DNA of 61,642 nucleotides, counting the filler, from Choristocarpus tenellus KU-1152 (lineage: Eukaryota; Protista; Phaeophyceae): NCBI GenBank assembly GCA_964200185.2. It is 7 parts of 7 records of this genome, joined end to end, with 100 filler letters (N's around TTAATTAATTAA, not from the genome) between each part and the next. Parts side by side here need not be neighbours in the genome. Positions count along the whole stretch, not along the records: positions 3,996 to 11,813 come from CAXNAD020005540.1; positions 11,914 to 16,414 come from CAXNAD020014268.1; positions 16,515 to 26,254 come from CAXNAD020003438.1; 4 more parts are not named here. One strand, given 5' to 3'. How positions within the stretch are numbered: position 1 is the stretch's first letter; every line of letters begins with the position of its first letter. Under the pieces are notes generated by a model. It was given only the letters and a program-made list of their open reading frames with translations. It ran no database searches and had not been told where the DNA came from. A program made the position numbers and the translations under genes. Of this stretch, positions 10,201 to 23,100 are shown piece by piece.

Positions 10201-11591
10201 TTTCTATTTTTGCTGTTCCCCTCATGCCCTCACTCTCCTTACCTACGAATAGTCTAGCCTTGCCTGTGTCTACACTGTCAACAGCAACATAGAGTGGAAC
10301 TGATAAGGGAATTAAGTTCTCAAGAAAAAAAAGACAAAAAAACTATATTCGTATTGAGTTGGAATGGGGCATGCCAGGGTAGAGCGGAAGCATCCTGGGA
10401 TTATTGTGGTAGCAAAATGATCTTACAAGGTAGAAGATACATTTTTTTTGTTACTGTATACCATGGAGACTCTTGAAAGGGCACCTCTACCATTCATGAT
10501 TTGGGTGTTAGCTTTCCCTTAGGGTAGTCATGACCCAATTATCTTAGAGGAGAGTGCCCTGTCCATTTGGGGACCAAAGTCCCATGTTACGATTTTGATG
10601 TAATTTTGGCTATCATGTTTGTTAGGAAGTGTCAATATCCCTGTTCCGGACACACGTTTTCTTAATGTATACATTTTACCTACTCTAAAACGTTTCAGAG
10701 TTAGGAAATTGTCATAAAAACCCTAAGGGAAGTCAAGCTCCAAATGGACAAACAGGGCAAAACTCGTACCCTCTAAGATACTTTCACTCCATTGCTGAAC
10801 AAGTGATGGAAGCATCGCCTTTTGTGCCTTTCTGAGGCTCCCTTCCACACTCAAGAATGATTTCCCTTGAATCGATTTTTCCTGGTATTTAGTTGCTACA
10901 CTGTGCACAAGAGAGTTATGATTGTCTTCTTTCAGTCAATATGTGCAATGGCCTTTCTGTGAATGGATGTGGTGATGCTACTGTGAGCACTGCTGAACCA
11001 ACAACACCATAAACATCCCCTCTGGACATTTGCCCATTCAAGAAAAACAGTAAAATAATGTTCTGTGCATGTGTGTGCATGCACGCGTGCGTGTGTGTTG
11101 TGCATCACACCATGAGGTGATGTGAAACAACAAATTCCACCTCCACATTCACTATTCTACTTGTGTACAATGTGTTAGGAATCCGGACTGAATTGACAAG
11201 AATGTGGGATATATGCTTATAGCCCTGGAGCTCTGTGACATTGCCACCACTGAAATCTTACGACGACTCAGTATGAAATGGATATATTAAGGGAGGAGAC
11301 TTACACCCATGGAGTAAAAATTGGTCAACACACCTTCTGTACTCCCAGTGTGGAACATATTTCACATGTGTATTATAAGAATCACTTCTGAAGGCCCAAG
11401 TGTAGTGATATTGTGTCCTCCCTTTCTAACTACCTACAACAAAATCCGTCAAATGAAAACCTGCAACCTTAACTTTAATGATAATTAATCATTTCAATCA
11501 AATTGTGGGACAGATTTATGTTAACCTGGTGCGCAAGCAGCTGGAGTTGCAAGCTGATTTTGACTCTGAGCCAGCAATGGGAAACACCAAG
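7275..11591 (+). CDS. Putative spliced gene of unknown function divergent from kinesin (candidate exons 7275-7375, 7543-7630, ~8194-8437, 11514-11591)
   Basis: ATG exon MSGRRQRIETG...LSAR|gt joins in phase with ag|G-NGALLGSTSVP...ENQ|gt; later GT-AG-bounded open exons; no recognisable domain. Confidence 0.35.
9530..9795 (+). mobile_element. MITE family C copy 1
   Basis: GAGCCAAAGTAAACGAG...CTTGCTTGCTTTAACTC imperfect TIR related to families A/B, 3-bp duplication AGT; internal AAGTTTGACTTGAGAGCGTT shared with the copy at 52908. Confidence 0.75.
10532..10789 (-). mobile_element. MITE family A copy 4
   Basis: Reverse orientation, ends CCCTCTAAGATACTTTCACTC; 3-bp duplication CAT. Confidence 0.9.
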
Positions 11592-11813
11592 GTTGGTTCT
11601 GGTACATTCTGGCACCTGCTGGAGTTGGGAGAATGATATTATGGTGTTGATCATCAAGGGGGACTGCACGGTACCATCTTTAGCACTGGTGTTGGATCCC
11701 TCTCATTTCAGGGGATTTCGAAGGAAGATGCTGAGGACTTAGATCTTGGCCTAGCTATCTTCCTCTTCATCTTTCAATCACTCTTTCTCTTCCTCATGTT
11801 AGCCCTGTCACGG

Positions 11814-11913
11814 NNNNNNNNNNNNNNNNNNNNNNNNNNNNNNNNNNNNNNNNNNNNTTAATTAATTAANNNNNNNNNNNNNNNNNNNNNNNNNNNNNNN
11901 NNNNNNNNNNNNN
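11814..11913. other. Artificial contig linker
   Basis: N-TTAATTAATTAA-N, 100 nt. Confidence 0.97.
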
Positions 11914-12248
11914 ATCAAAAAATCACCGTGCTCCTGGTTCAATTGGACCAGGAACTAAACCTGGTCGAGTTTTTCCCTCCTGTCTTGTGTGTGTTGGGGT
12001 TGTTATTGCACCACCAATCAGCCAATCAGAATGCAACAACAGTTAAGAGAACAAAAAACAGTTGTTTATTGACTGAGTGCACTACGCAGTTAGTAGTAGT
12101 GTCATGAAACCATCAAGCATGAGTACCTGAAAACTCGAGTGTTAGCAAGTTAGGGCAGAAAACTCTCTTGTGTGATTTTGGTTCTTTTTCCTCCTCTGCG
12201 TGGAAAATATGTATAATAAAATATATTGTGCCAACACTATTCATACAG

Positions 12249-13311
12249 GGAGAAGGACATTATCATCCTGTCGTGCGTCAGGGCCCCAGAGGAAGGAACA
12301 CCTGCAATAGCAGGTGGTTCAGGGGGTTACGGTTATGGAGCTGCAAAGTCGGGAGGGATTGGATTCCTTGATGATTGGCGGCGCCTGAATGTGGCAATCA
12401 CAAGGGCAAAGTATGGAATGTGGATTGTGGGAAATTCATCAACCCTGAAGCAGAATTGTGAATGGCGAGAGCTCATTAATGATTCCAAGAAGAAAGGAGC
12501 TTTCATTGAGAATGACCAACCTGCTCAGCGGGGTAGGTGGTGGGGATCTGGGCAGCAGGTTAGGCATGAACCACAGCCACAACATCGTCAGGAGCATGTG
12601 AAGGGAAAGAATAAACGGAAGGGGAAGCAAAAGGGTGAACATGCGGGGTGGAAAGGTGGAGGGGGGCAGCAGGGTCAGCATCATTTACAACAGAGTGGTG
12701 GCGGCACATTTGATACCCACAGGAATGGGAATCATGATTACTATAGCAGGGCCGTGGGGAACAACCCACATCAGAAAGGTTTGGAGCAGAATGGTGGTCA
12801 TTATGGTAATCATAGATACGACTCTATGTATGACATGCAAGATCCAACAGGAGACTACAATAGGAGTCTTCCAAATGGAATTTTGTCCCATCCTCTTCCC
12901 CCTATGCCCCCCTCTGGGATTCCAATACGACCACCACACCCCCCAGGTTTATTCCCTCGATTACAGCAGTCCCACGGGATACCACTGCTCCAACAGCCCC
13001 CCCAGATCCACCTACCTCCATATTCATTTGGAAATGTTCTTACGTTCCCTGGGATGGGAGTGCCGGCAGGGCTAGAGAGACGTATGACTGTACCCTCTCA
13101 CCTAGATGACTCGCCGCCAGTCTACGATGATAGAGTCTTTGAACGAGGATTTACAAATCAGCACAGTGGGAGTGCAATGCAGCAACAGCGGTCAGACCCT
13201 GTTCTGTTTGCTGCCCCATTATCTCAACAACGCCCAACACCATTGCAGTCTTCAAGTAAAGACATTGAGAAAAGTGGGGTAGACAATGAAAGCCGTCTCA
13301 CAAATATGTAA
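12249..13311 (+). CDS. Last exon of a UPF1/Sen1(senataxin)-like SF1B helicase (end of AAA_12 domain plus low-complexity tail)
   Basis: atacag|G acceptor; REKDIIILSCVRA...GIGFLDDWRRLNVAITRAKYGMWIVGN are SF1B motifs V/VI; ends at TAA. Confidence 0.9.
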
Positions 13312-16300
13312 TGCAATACTGAAAGAGGCAAGAAATTGTTGGGTGCTTGCTGGAGCAGGCAAGTTGAGGGGCGAGGTATCCTGCATGCTCCTTTGAGAGA
13401 AGGAGAAGGGTGTTGTGTTGTGTTGTTGGTGTGGTATTGCTCTGAGCAGTGTGAGTTGTCTGTGTCTGTATGCTATCGATCTTTTTTGTTTGATACCGGA
13501 AGTTGGTCAAAAGTGTTGGGGTGAGAGACAAGACCTCTATGTCTAGAGATGCGAGTTTTTTGTAGTAGTGAGTTGAAGAGGAAATCACAAGCTCCAGGGT
13601 CCTTAGACAGCGTTCTTCAAGCGCTTCATTGATTGATATGCTATTTAGACTGGTTTTGATCCCATGAGAGTGCTGATAGATTTGGCATTGGATGGCAGGA
13701 GGGGAGAGGTTAAGGTAATTACCATGGAGGTGATAACCAACCTCCCTGTTCTATTTATTAACTCGGCAGAATGTGTGCTCTTCTGCATGTGGTAGGATAA
13801 AGCAATGGATCACATCGTGAGAGCTAGAAGTCATACTATCGCTTACTATCAATACATAGTGCATAGCTATAGCGATCCAAATATAGTTCAGTTTGGTGTT
13901 CTTTATTGTACTGATAATAGTCACAAGTGAAGTAACTAGACAATATGCTATCATCGTAAGTCACTGCTTCATACTTTGAAGTACTCTGGAGTATATTATT
14001 TAGTTCAAGGCATTGTGAAAGGGTCTATTGTAGCTGTTGCCGAGCGCAACTGTTCTGGATCCAACAAAGAACATTTTCAGTGAACCTGACTGAGATATGT
14101 GACAAATAGTATGTATATATATATATTTATTTATTTTTCATGGGTGAGAAAAGAACAGGTATAGGGCGATTTTGAAATGGTTTGTGTGGTGACGGATTGA
14201 AGAGGCCTTGGACATCGTCAGATGGTTACGATTATCATGCATTTAGTTGCACAAGAAGAGGTATCCTCGACTTACTTTAAGTGCTCGGTAAGGCAGTAGT
14301 TCTAAATGATCAAGTTGTGCGTGAGGATTATGCTGGCTGCATACTTCGGTGTATATGGAGTATATTGTAGTGTTGTTTGGTATCGTGACCACTCAAAACA
14401 GACAGTTTGTGGGTAATTTGTTTGGAGATGAGAAAAAAGAGTGAAGGCAATTTGGTTAGCAAGGATGGTAGAGTGTTGCTGACACAATTTCTAAGGGCTG
14501 TAGGTGTGAGACCCTCTCATTGTGGACGCTCATAGTGCCCACTTGCATGTCCTTTATCCATTGGTACTCCTCTCTTTCCCTATGATTAATATCCTCACAA
14601 TATGTCGGACAATACGTCAAGGAGAGACTTCGCGTAAAATCCTTTCGGTGAGGAACTAAGGGAACGTATGAATATTTTGTGTTCTCTGGAGTATGTGATG
14701 GATCTTGTGGAAATTGGGTCAAGTTTAACCCCTTGATTAGGGCCTTGAAATATATCGTCTATTTGTGAACTCACTACATGACATTAGTGTGTACTTTTTT
14801 TTTACATTTTCACTCTTAATCTTGAGGGGACTCTTTCTCGGGACTAGAAATGAACGTATAGTGATACACATACCACGCCCCTGCCTAAGTGGAGACTGTT
14901 TCTCACTCTTCATTGTATCTTAATGAAGAAGGCGTTAGCAGGAACCTTGTGCATCGCCTCTTCGCGCTTCTCGCTCGCTACCATAATTGAGGTTCCCCTC
15001 CAAGCCACCTTTGTCGTGGAGTCTAGCAAGATGTTGACCAACCGCTCTACATAAACGCAATCACACGCTATCAGTCATACGGGGGGCTCAGGGCATCAAT
15101 CGGGTTGCCCCAGCTGTACTCTTGTACCTGTGGTCACTAATATGTTCTAGTGGTGATACATGTGTGACTACCCACTCCTATGATTGTGTGATGTCACATG
15201 ATACATACATGTCTTCTTGGTAAAGCACCACTCTCTTTGGGAGCATGCGAACATTGTTGTGGTATACAGTAGAGTGTGTATACTGCAGGGAGTGGTGCAT
15301 TTGCCACTACGTAGTGCATCAAACCTTTCTACTCTCCCCCTAGTCTGTGCCCCTGACACGTTGAAACAGGAACACGTTCCTTGGATTTGAAACATTGTGA
15401 TTAGCTAGTGGCATCATGCTCCAAGACGATGGAGGATTCTCATTGAGTAGTTGACATCTGTCCACAAACATGTTGACCGCCACCATATGGAGTACTATTT
15501 AGCCATGCGGTTTCAGCACTGCTAAACATCAGCAAAGAGCTAATCCACATTCCTCAACAGATGATGGGAATAATATTTGTCCTAAATTCAAAAAAAAAAT
15601 ATTAACAGTAACAATACAATTAGGTAGTTCATCAGAATAATTAGAAGGGGGGAGGGAATATTGTAAAGAATAGATTAGTTTAAATAGGTCACTGTGAAGA
15701 ATATACCAATCTTACGGTTGGAAGTATATCAAGATAGTGGTACATTTCCCTTGCCACTCAATATAAGCATTGGAAATGGATGTAGGTAGTGAAAGAGTAT
15801 CCAACTAGGTTTCAACATGATGAGCAATATAATGTAGAACAATGAGATTACTGATAAATTTTGATCACCTACACTTGATACTCCAGAGATTTGTTTTTAT
15901 CTAAGAATACAGTGGGAATATGAAAGAGAAGACTGGCGGTCGTAGTTGTGTCACCACTTCATGAGGATGGGTATCAACAGTAGGAGGATGCCAAGGAAAC
16001 AAAGTCCGACGGCATGACGAAAAAGGAGAAAAATATTGTCTTGTGGACGAGGCAGGCAATACTCCGAAGTAGGAAATCAGTTATGACACACTCTATCCAT
16101 CCATGTTCTAATGTGAATTTTCTATGCACAAGGAGGTCCTCCAGGCCTGTTTTGAATACTGGATTTAGATCTATTCTCACATTTAAAATATGTTACAATG
16201 GCAGTAGGGGGAGTCAGATGCAATCCATTATGTGTGTGAGTGAGAGGGGGCAGTCTTGTCGCCTAGTTAGTTTCTGTTTTTTTTCTATGTAGATTCGAAG

Positions 16301-16363
16301 GAGAAGAATAAGATCCTTCCCTGTCCCATATTGTCTTGGGCTTGCTTCCATCTTTTTCCCGGA

Positions 16364-16414
16364 GGCTCAAAGTAACTGGGAGGGGGTGGCGGCTGTCCAT
16401 TTGGGGTCAATTTT
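16364..16414 (+). mobile_element. MITE family B left end truncated by contig end
   Basis: GGCTCAAAGTAACTGGGAGGGGGTGGCGGCTGTCCATTTGGGG then gap. Confidence 0.85.
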
Positions 16415-16514
16415 NNNNNNNNNNNNNNNNNNNNNNNNNNNNNNNNNNNNNNNNNNNNTTAATTAATTAANNNNNNNNNNNNNNNNNNNNNNNNNNNNNN
16501 NNNNNNNNNNNNNN
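16415..16514. other. Artificial contig linker
   Basis: N-TTAATTAATTAA-N, 100 nt. Confidence 0.97.
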
Positions 16515-16574
16515 GTGTTGATCTGCATAGAAGGGGGATAAGGGGTTGCAGCATACGGTGCCCATCAATACAGG

Positions 16575-16900
16575 TGGGTTAGGGTTAGGATCAGAGTTGT
16601 TGACAAAAAGGGGAGGGCGTGGTTGGCTACGGGGAGGGGGAAGGTCTTCTGGGGCATATACTATCAGCAAAACCGCTTGTGAAGTTGTTCAAATGGCAAT
16701 CACAAAGCATGCCAAATCTGAATAAGAGTACCCCAACCCTAAGAAATTTATCCCTTTAATCCTGGCAACGATCACCTTGCTCTACCAAGAACACCCTAAT
16801 CCTAACCTGTATGGAAATACCCTGGCAAGAGTACCCTAACCCTGCCAATGACAACCCCAACAGCAATGCCCTAATCCAAATGGGAAATACCCTAACCCTC
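16575..16900. repeat. Dispersed degenerate telomere-like (TTAGGG/CCCTAA) repeats
   Basis: gggttagggttagg, accctaatcctaacc, ccctaaccctg, ccctaaccctc. Confidence 0.55.
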
Positions 16901-18999
16901 ACGATGATACGCTATACACTCTGTCATCCTAATAAGAAAAAACCAATCCCAACACCAACATGTTAGAACTGTTGTCATCCAAATCATTGTTCAATGCCAA
17001 TCAAACCACTATATAACAACTGCATATCCAACCTCAATCAATACCGTTTGCATCAATCAGCAAGTGAAGATTCAAACAGTCAAAACATGGCAGACACCCT
17101 TCCAAAATCACGACCTGCCTCCCACACACACTCTGACCCCCATCCCCCCCCTGTACAAAAATAACAGTTCAAAGTTAAATCACTATATTTTAACAGATCT
17201 ATACTGTCCTCTTCATCATTGTAGGACAAAAGGTTTTCAAAAGCAGCATCTCTCCCATCAGATTGATGCTATTCTTGAATTTTCTCATGTAACGATAGGA
17301 GACCTAGTATGATCCTTGAATAACAGTTCAACTGCAACGTTTTAGACCAGTCCTTCGAAATCAAACATAAATATACCAGTAAATTTTTCAGCTTTCAATA
17401 CTTGAACGAAAATCAAGTTCATACTTCTTTTTTAGTTCTTTTTTGTGCACATAATGCCCACCACAAGTATTACGAAAAAACTCCACAACATTCATGACTG
17501 TATATAATCCTGTTTACATTATTGTTTTAGTAAAGAACAGCCCAAAGGTTAATGCATGTTTCCTTCTTAGAACAGTTGAGGTAGTTTCTCATACCCAGGT
17601 TGTCAGTTTCCCAACGCATACACCTCATTTCTTTGTTCTCCACATCTTAGACACGTATTCATACATGTTTCGTTTATGCACATAACGTTTCAAGCGTACA
17701 CTGAAATGTGAATATCTTTTTTAATTTCTATATGTTTGATAAACAAAACAATTACAGCTCTTGCACCCCTAGATAATTAAATGACACAAACCACGTTACT
17801 CCAACAAAATCAGTGGGGTATAGGATTGTTGAAAGTACGTACCTCATCCTCAAATGTTTGCGATTTTCGGACAACATAGCTTGGTGCACCAAACAGTACT
17901 TGTACCACTACAAATGAAGGCCTATCGAATTCCATTTTCATCTACTGATCGCTTGTTCATCCAGGAAAAAGGGATGAACTGTACCTTTAGAGCTCTCAAC
18001 AACTTATACAGAGAGATGGATCACTCTCAGGAAATACACAAATGAAGCACCAAGAATCAGTGAGCACATCACATTACCCCCCTTGATCTACACCCTTTGT
18101 TTCCACTTTGGTCTGTGCTGGAGACGATCGGTTTTTCTTCAAACCCAAGGCAGTTGGTATCAGCCATCATGGATGAAACCTTACTGCAAGTGTAACAATG
18201 CTGGCATGTAAGGGCTGGGATCATTTTCCTCAGCCATCATCAAGAATCGCATGCCTCCCACCTTGAAAATAGGCAATCAAAAACCCAGTACTTACTGCGA
18301 GAGACAATAAAAAATGCAAGCTTTGAGATATAATCTCATTCCTACTGTGTATTGCGTAGAATAGTACACTGCGTTCAAGTTAGGTGTAAGGCGGAGTAGT
18401 CTTCCCATGCAACTGACGTAGTAAAGACTTCCTACATTATGAAGGAGAATCCAAGAAACGTTAAATTCAACTCTGATTGGTGACACAAATCACTATACAC
18501 TGATTTCCACAATAATCTCTTAAGTTTATTCGGATTCTGAGTTGTAGTCAAGCAAGCAGCTCCTCTCCCCCCCAAGGTCCCTCCATCCTCCTTGCCTAAA
18601 CCAATTCTTCGTCGATACACATTGGAATCATAGAAAAAGCAGAGTGCCTTGTGTGTTGTGGTCCTGGTCCACAAATTATATCCTTTATCTACTTCGGTAA
18701 CCAAGTAAAAAGTGTGGCTTACAGGCGAGTGTAATATTGTATGTCCATCACCTGGTTGGTTGGGTAGCCAAGCTTTTCACGAATGGGAGGTACAATAAAT
18801 GGCAAGGAAACTCCGAAGGTGCCGATCATTATCGACATGGTAGCGATGGGCTGACGATCAACGAACTTCTTTACCGCCAATCGGAGGGTCATGTTTCCTC
18901 TACTTCAAAGGCTCAGGCCGTCTCCCTCCCTCAAGCCCCTTCCTCTATTATTTTCCTCTTCGCCCTCTCTTTCTGGATGATCGTGGTATTGGTCCATAT

Positions 19000-19452
19000 T
19001 TGAGCAGCCAGGGGGAAAATGGTGGTGTGAGGAGTGGTTTCGCCTTACAAGTAAGGATATCAACTACCACCATAAAAATGAGATTGAAACAGAACAGTGA
19101 TACACCAACAAAGGAACGCATGCATTTGGTCCGCACATACTACATGCAGACCGGTCTATGCGGATTCGACCTGCCTCAAGATGTCCACAATGTACAACAA
19201 ACAGACATTTCGGGACTTCGTGAAGAAATTTCATTCAGGGGGAAGAAGATAAAATGAGGCAAATAAGGGTTGGGTATACTCAAGATCAAGGCCTTTGTGG
19301 AAAGAGTGAAAACTGAGACTCAAAGGCTAGCGCAAGGCAGACCAACCTCCCAAATATCAAGGGACATGATAGACGAAGCAATTGGTCATCACAAATATAA
19401 GATAAGCACGAACTTAGAGTACAAATTTGGTCCTTCTTTTGGCGGTCAATGA
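19000..19452 (+). pseudogene. Decayed ORF, possibly transposon-derived
   Basis: ORFs 19000-19257 and 19270-19452 are in the same frame, separated by two stops; no family recognised. Confidence 0.25.
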
Positions 19453-20123
19453 CCGTAACCCAACGATAACACGCGCAGATATCCCCTCGCGTATATCCTA
19501 TCAAAGCGAAAATCACCATTGTTTACCTTTTCTGACTGTGCACGGAATTCCCTCTTCTTCCCCCCCCCTCCTTTCTCTATTACTCTCTTCTCTCATTGAC
19601 TTGGCGTCCTTGACAAGATGCCTTATCTTGGTGTGCAAACCCAACTAACTGTAACCTTTCTTCACTCAATCAATGGTTATCATATCGAACTCGACGCAAA
19701 GACATCAATGCCGTGTGATATATATATTGATTTTAATATTACCACATCTATCGGATAGATTATCGTCAATATGCACATTAATATAATCGGAACATACAAT
19801 CATTTTTTTGGGGGGGATCAATTTCCTCTTTACCAACTCCTTCGATACTACAAGTTATACCTAGAAATCAACAAGATCTTCACAATCAGAGTACAACCAA
19901 CGAATTCTTAGATGATTCAACAACCATAGATGATCAGTGGGTGCCTGTCTTTATCTGGAAGCGAAGGAGAGTCCTCTAACTGTACGATACCAGTGTAGTG
20001 AAACTCCAGGAGTATAGGAGTAGATCTTTCTCCTTGATATCCATGTATCTCAAATGATCCACTCCAGGCTTGTTTACTTTCCTCAAGAAGGCTCTCTTGT
20101 AGGTGAAAGGTATAGACTACAAG

Positions 20124-23100
20124 ATGGAGGAGCAAACGGCAACGGTTACCCGCAGTAGATTTAGTTGTCAACACGTGCATCTCGTCTGGGGCATCATCGT
20201 ATCCGGTTTGTCCATTGGCATGACTTTGATGGTTGTTTTTTCTCGAGCTTCTCCAGAAGATATCACTGGAATACGCGGGTAAGTTCTGTCGGAGATACGT
20301 TGTTTCTCCATCCATACTATATCTCAGCTGCTTTTGCCATAATCTTGAACTCCTTTGTTCGATGTCTTCGAGTAGTGTTTTATTGGAAATTCCCATCTTC
20401 CATATGTACGACAGAGCTCTCAACCATATCGCCCCCCATACTCTGTCAGGGATGTAGAAATACTTTCGACAGCAGCATTCCGAATTGTGTTGTCTGGTAT
20501 TCATTTCTTGACTCTTCGAGTTGAAGTTATTAGGGTTAGCGTGATCAAGACATTACATAAACATCTACAGAACATTCTAGTCATAGCCTCTGCCACTTGA
20601 ACGACCTAGTCCAGGATACGTCGGTATTCTCCTCACATGGTATAGTTGTACCCGAACGACTTCACCCAACTTGGCATCCCAGACCAAGGCTAGATCTTGC
20701 CCACAGTTTTCGCTTCTCATGAGTGCGATACCTGACTTTTGCTTTCGTCGAATGTTTTTTTCTGGTCAGGACAATGGCAGAGTCCACCCTGGTATTCTAC
20801 AGCAACAAGCATTACAATGTTGGCAAATGGCGGACACTGCATTCCCTTGCCAACAATAGTTACATTGAGGGAGGTGCCAAGGGAAAGGGTCAGGGGCATG
20901 TGCTACATGCACCATTATCGCAGGCAGGAGGTGAAGTCAAGCCATCCCAGAGAGTCCCCAATCCTAAGGAGAAGCAGCACAGGAACAACAATAAACGAGG
21001 TACTAGGGACAACATGATCGACAACGAGATTGTCAACTCCTGGTGGGGCACTCAGGGCAACAGGTCAAGAAGTGCTCGATATGGTTGTGGAGATGTCAAC
21101 CAACCTTTGGCACTGAGGTACTCTGCAATAGGCAAGGGTTAGAGTGATAGAGTTGTCCCCTGACATCCTTCACCAGATGGTATGGTAGGATTTGTTGTAG
21201 AGAGGTTAGGCAAATACCAAAGGTGGGCACCTTAACCCTAACTCTAGAGCATTGGTACTTAGGGATGCCACTGTGCCACTGGACCTCAAGAACAAGTGAA
21301 CAATAGACTCACTTGCCACCTCTTTCTTGGTAATTTATTCGATAGGATGCTTCTCCACCTTGATAGTACCATCTTCACAAGATATGCCCTTTATGTTGTT
21401 TGGCCCCACACTGTGTACCTCGTTTAGCTTTCAGTGTGATGTGGGATAATTGTCTCATGTGAGTGTGAGGAGTAGGTGTTAGAATGTTGGTTAACCCCAA
21501 TATAGCTTAGGGTTAGTGGGTGCTGGGGGAAAGTGCCTGTGCTTTGCTTAGTAAAAACTTGAAAAACGTGTTCATTTATGTGGAATACCAATGTCTATGG
21601 TGTAACCATGACCTGTGGTGTAACTGTTACTTGTGTTTGGTGTTGTCACAAGGTGTCAAGAGGCAAGCAACATGCATGATATTGATGCCTCATCTATAGA
21701 TACAGGGGAGCTATTAAGAGAGGAGGAATGGTCGCGATTGGGGAGGAGAAAGGCCATCACGAAGACTAGGGTGGGTCGTCAGAGGAAAAAAGATTTTGGC
21801 AGTGGCAAGGGGATTCCTTCTAATGGTGGTAATAGAGGCGGTCATATAGAAAGCAGCAGAGGGAATGTTGGTAATACACCTGAAGGAGAGGGGCGATTGG
21901 TCTTCATCAAGACTTTCAAGACAGGAAGCTCTACTTTGGCCAAGTACATCGTGCAGGTCTGACAGCTGTCTGTTTGTCTTCGTTGTAATTGTTGCCCAGC
22001 TGGCCTTGATAAATTGGCGGTAGTAGATTTATTCAGTGTATTATTATTATTATTATTAATATTTTAACATGGAATGTTGGTCGCTTTTGGCTGGGCTCAT
22101 ATTGAATACTGCTATTTCTTCCATACAGCCCATGCTTTTTTTGTGTGCTTGGAACTATAAATAACTGTGAACCAAAGCACTGCCTATGATTCAGTTACAT
22201 CCGATCCATTGTCGCCACAATTAGATAGTACTGCAATTTTTCAGTCCAATCACAACAGCGGTAGCAATCGTCTAAGCATGTCAACTCCAGTGGCATAATG
22301 TAGTGATGTCAAGTCAAGGATTCCTTCATTCTAAATGTTATTCAAAGTGGGAGGTGGTCACTTGGAACTTTTTTTATTATTTTGAAGTATAGTGAAGAGT
22401 ATAATGAAAATACTCCTCTTTTGTGCAATATTAACCCAGTTTATTTTTGAACTCGAATATAGGGGAGAACAACAGTCGCTAAAGAGACCTTAACCCTAAC
22501 TTGTCAAGGGGGGGATTTTTACAGTCTGTGTGCCGCTTGATTGGTCAGCTTCAGACCCAATCGCCATACACTACAACCACAGCTACTAGTGAATCATGGT
22601 CTTGAATAAACGGGTCAGGTCTCCTACAAGTTTTACTCTAGTTTTAAGCGATGAGGTCAAATAGCCTTGTTGGGGTTGGGGTTAGGGTTAGGGTTGGGGT
22701 TAGGACTGGGATCAGCGTCAGGGTTCTGCTCATTGGGCACATCACACTAAGTCCTACTAGTAATATCAGTATTTTTTTCATCTTTTCTCTTTTCCAAACT
22801 GGCAGGTAAAGTCAATTTTTTATCTTTGGGGCCAGCAGGTTCTGGCATTCATGATACCACCTTCAGAAATAATAATAATATTAATAATGAGAATATTATG
22901 AGCAGACTACGTATTTCCCCCCCCTAATCCACACATCCCATCTTCTTGGGTCAGCTCTGTCCAGAAGGTTTAAACTCAAACTTGGACAGGCAGTTACGAA
23001 CTTTTTTCAAGTGAAGCTTTGAAACTCTTTGGACACCCATCACGTGCATGTCATGTAGAACAAGCAATCCATCCCTGTCAGAGTTGTTGCACAGACCTGA

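Noticed and set aside
19917-20504. 195-aa minus-strand ORF
   Set aside because: Antisense shadow of sulfotransferase exon 1 and intron; no motif recognised
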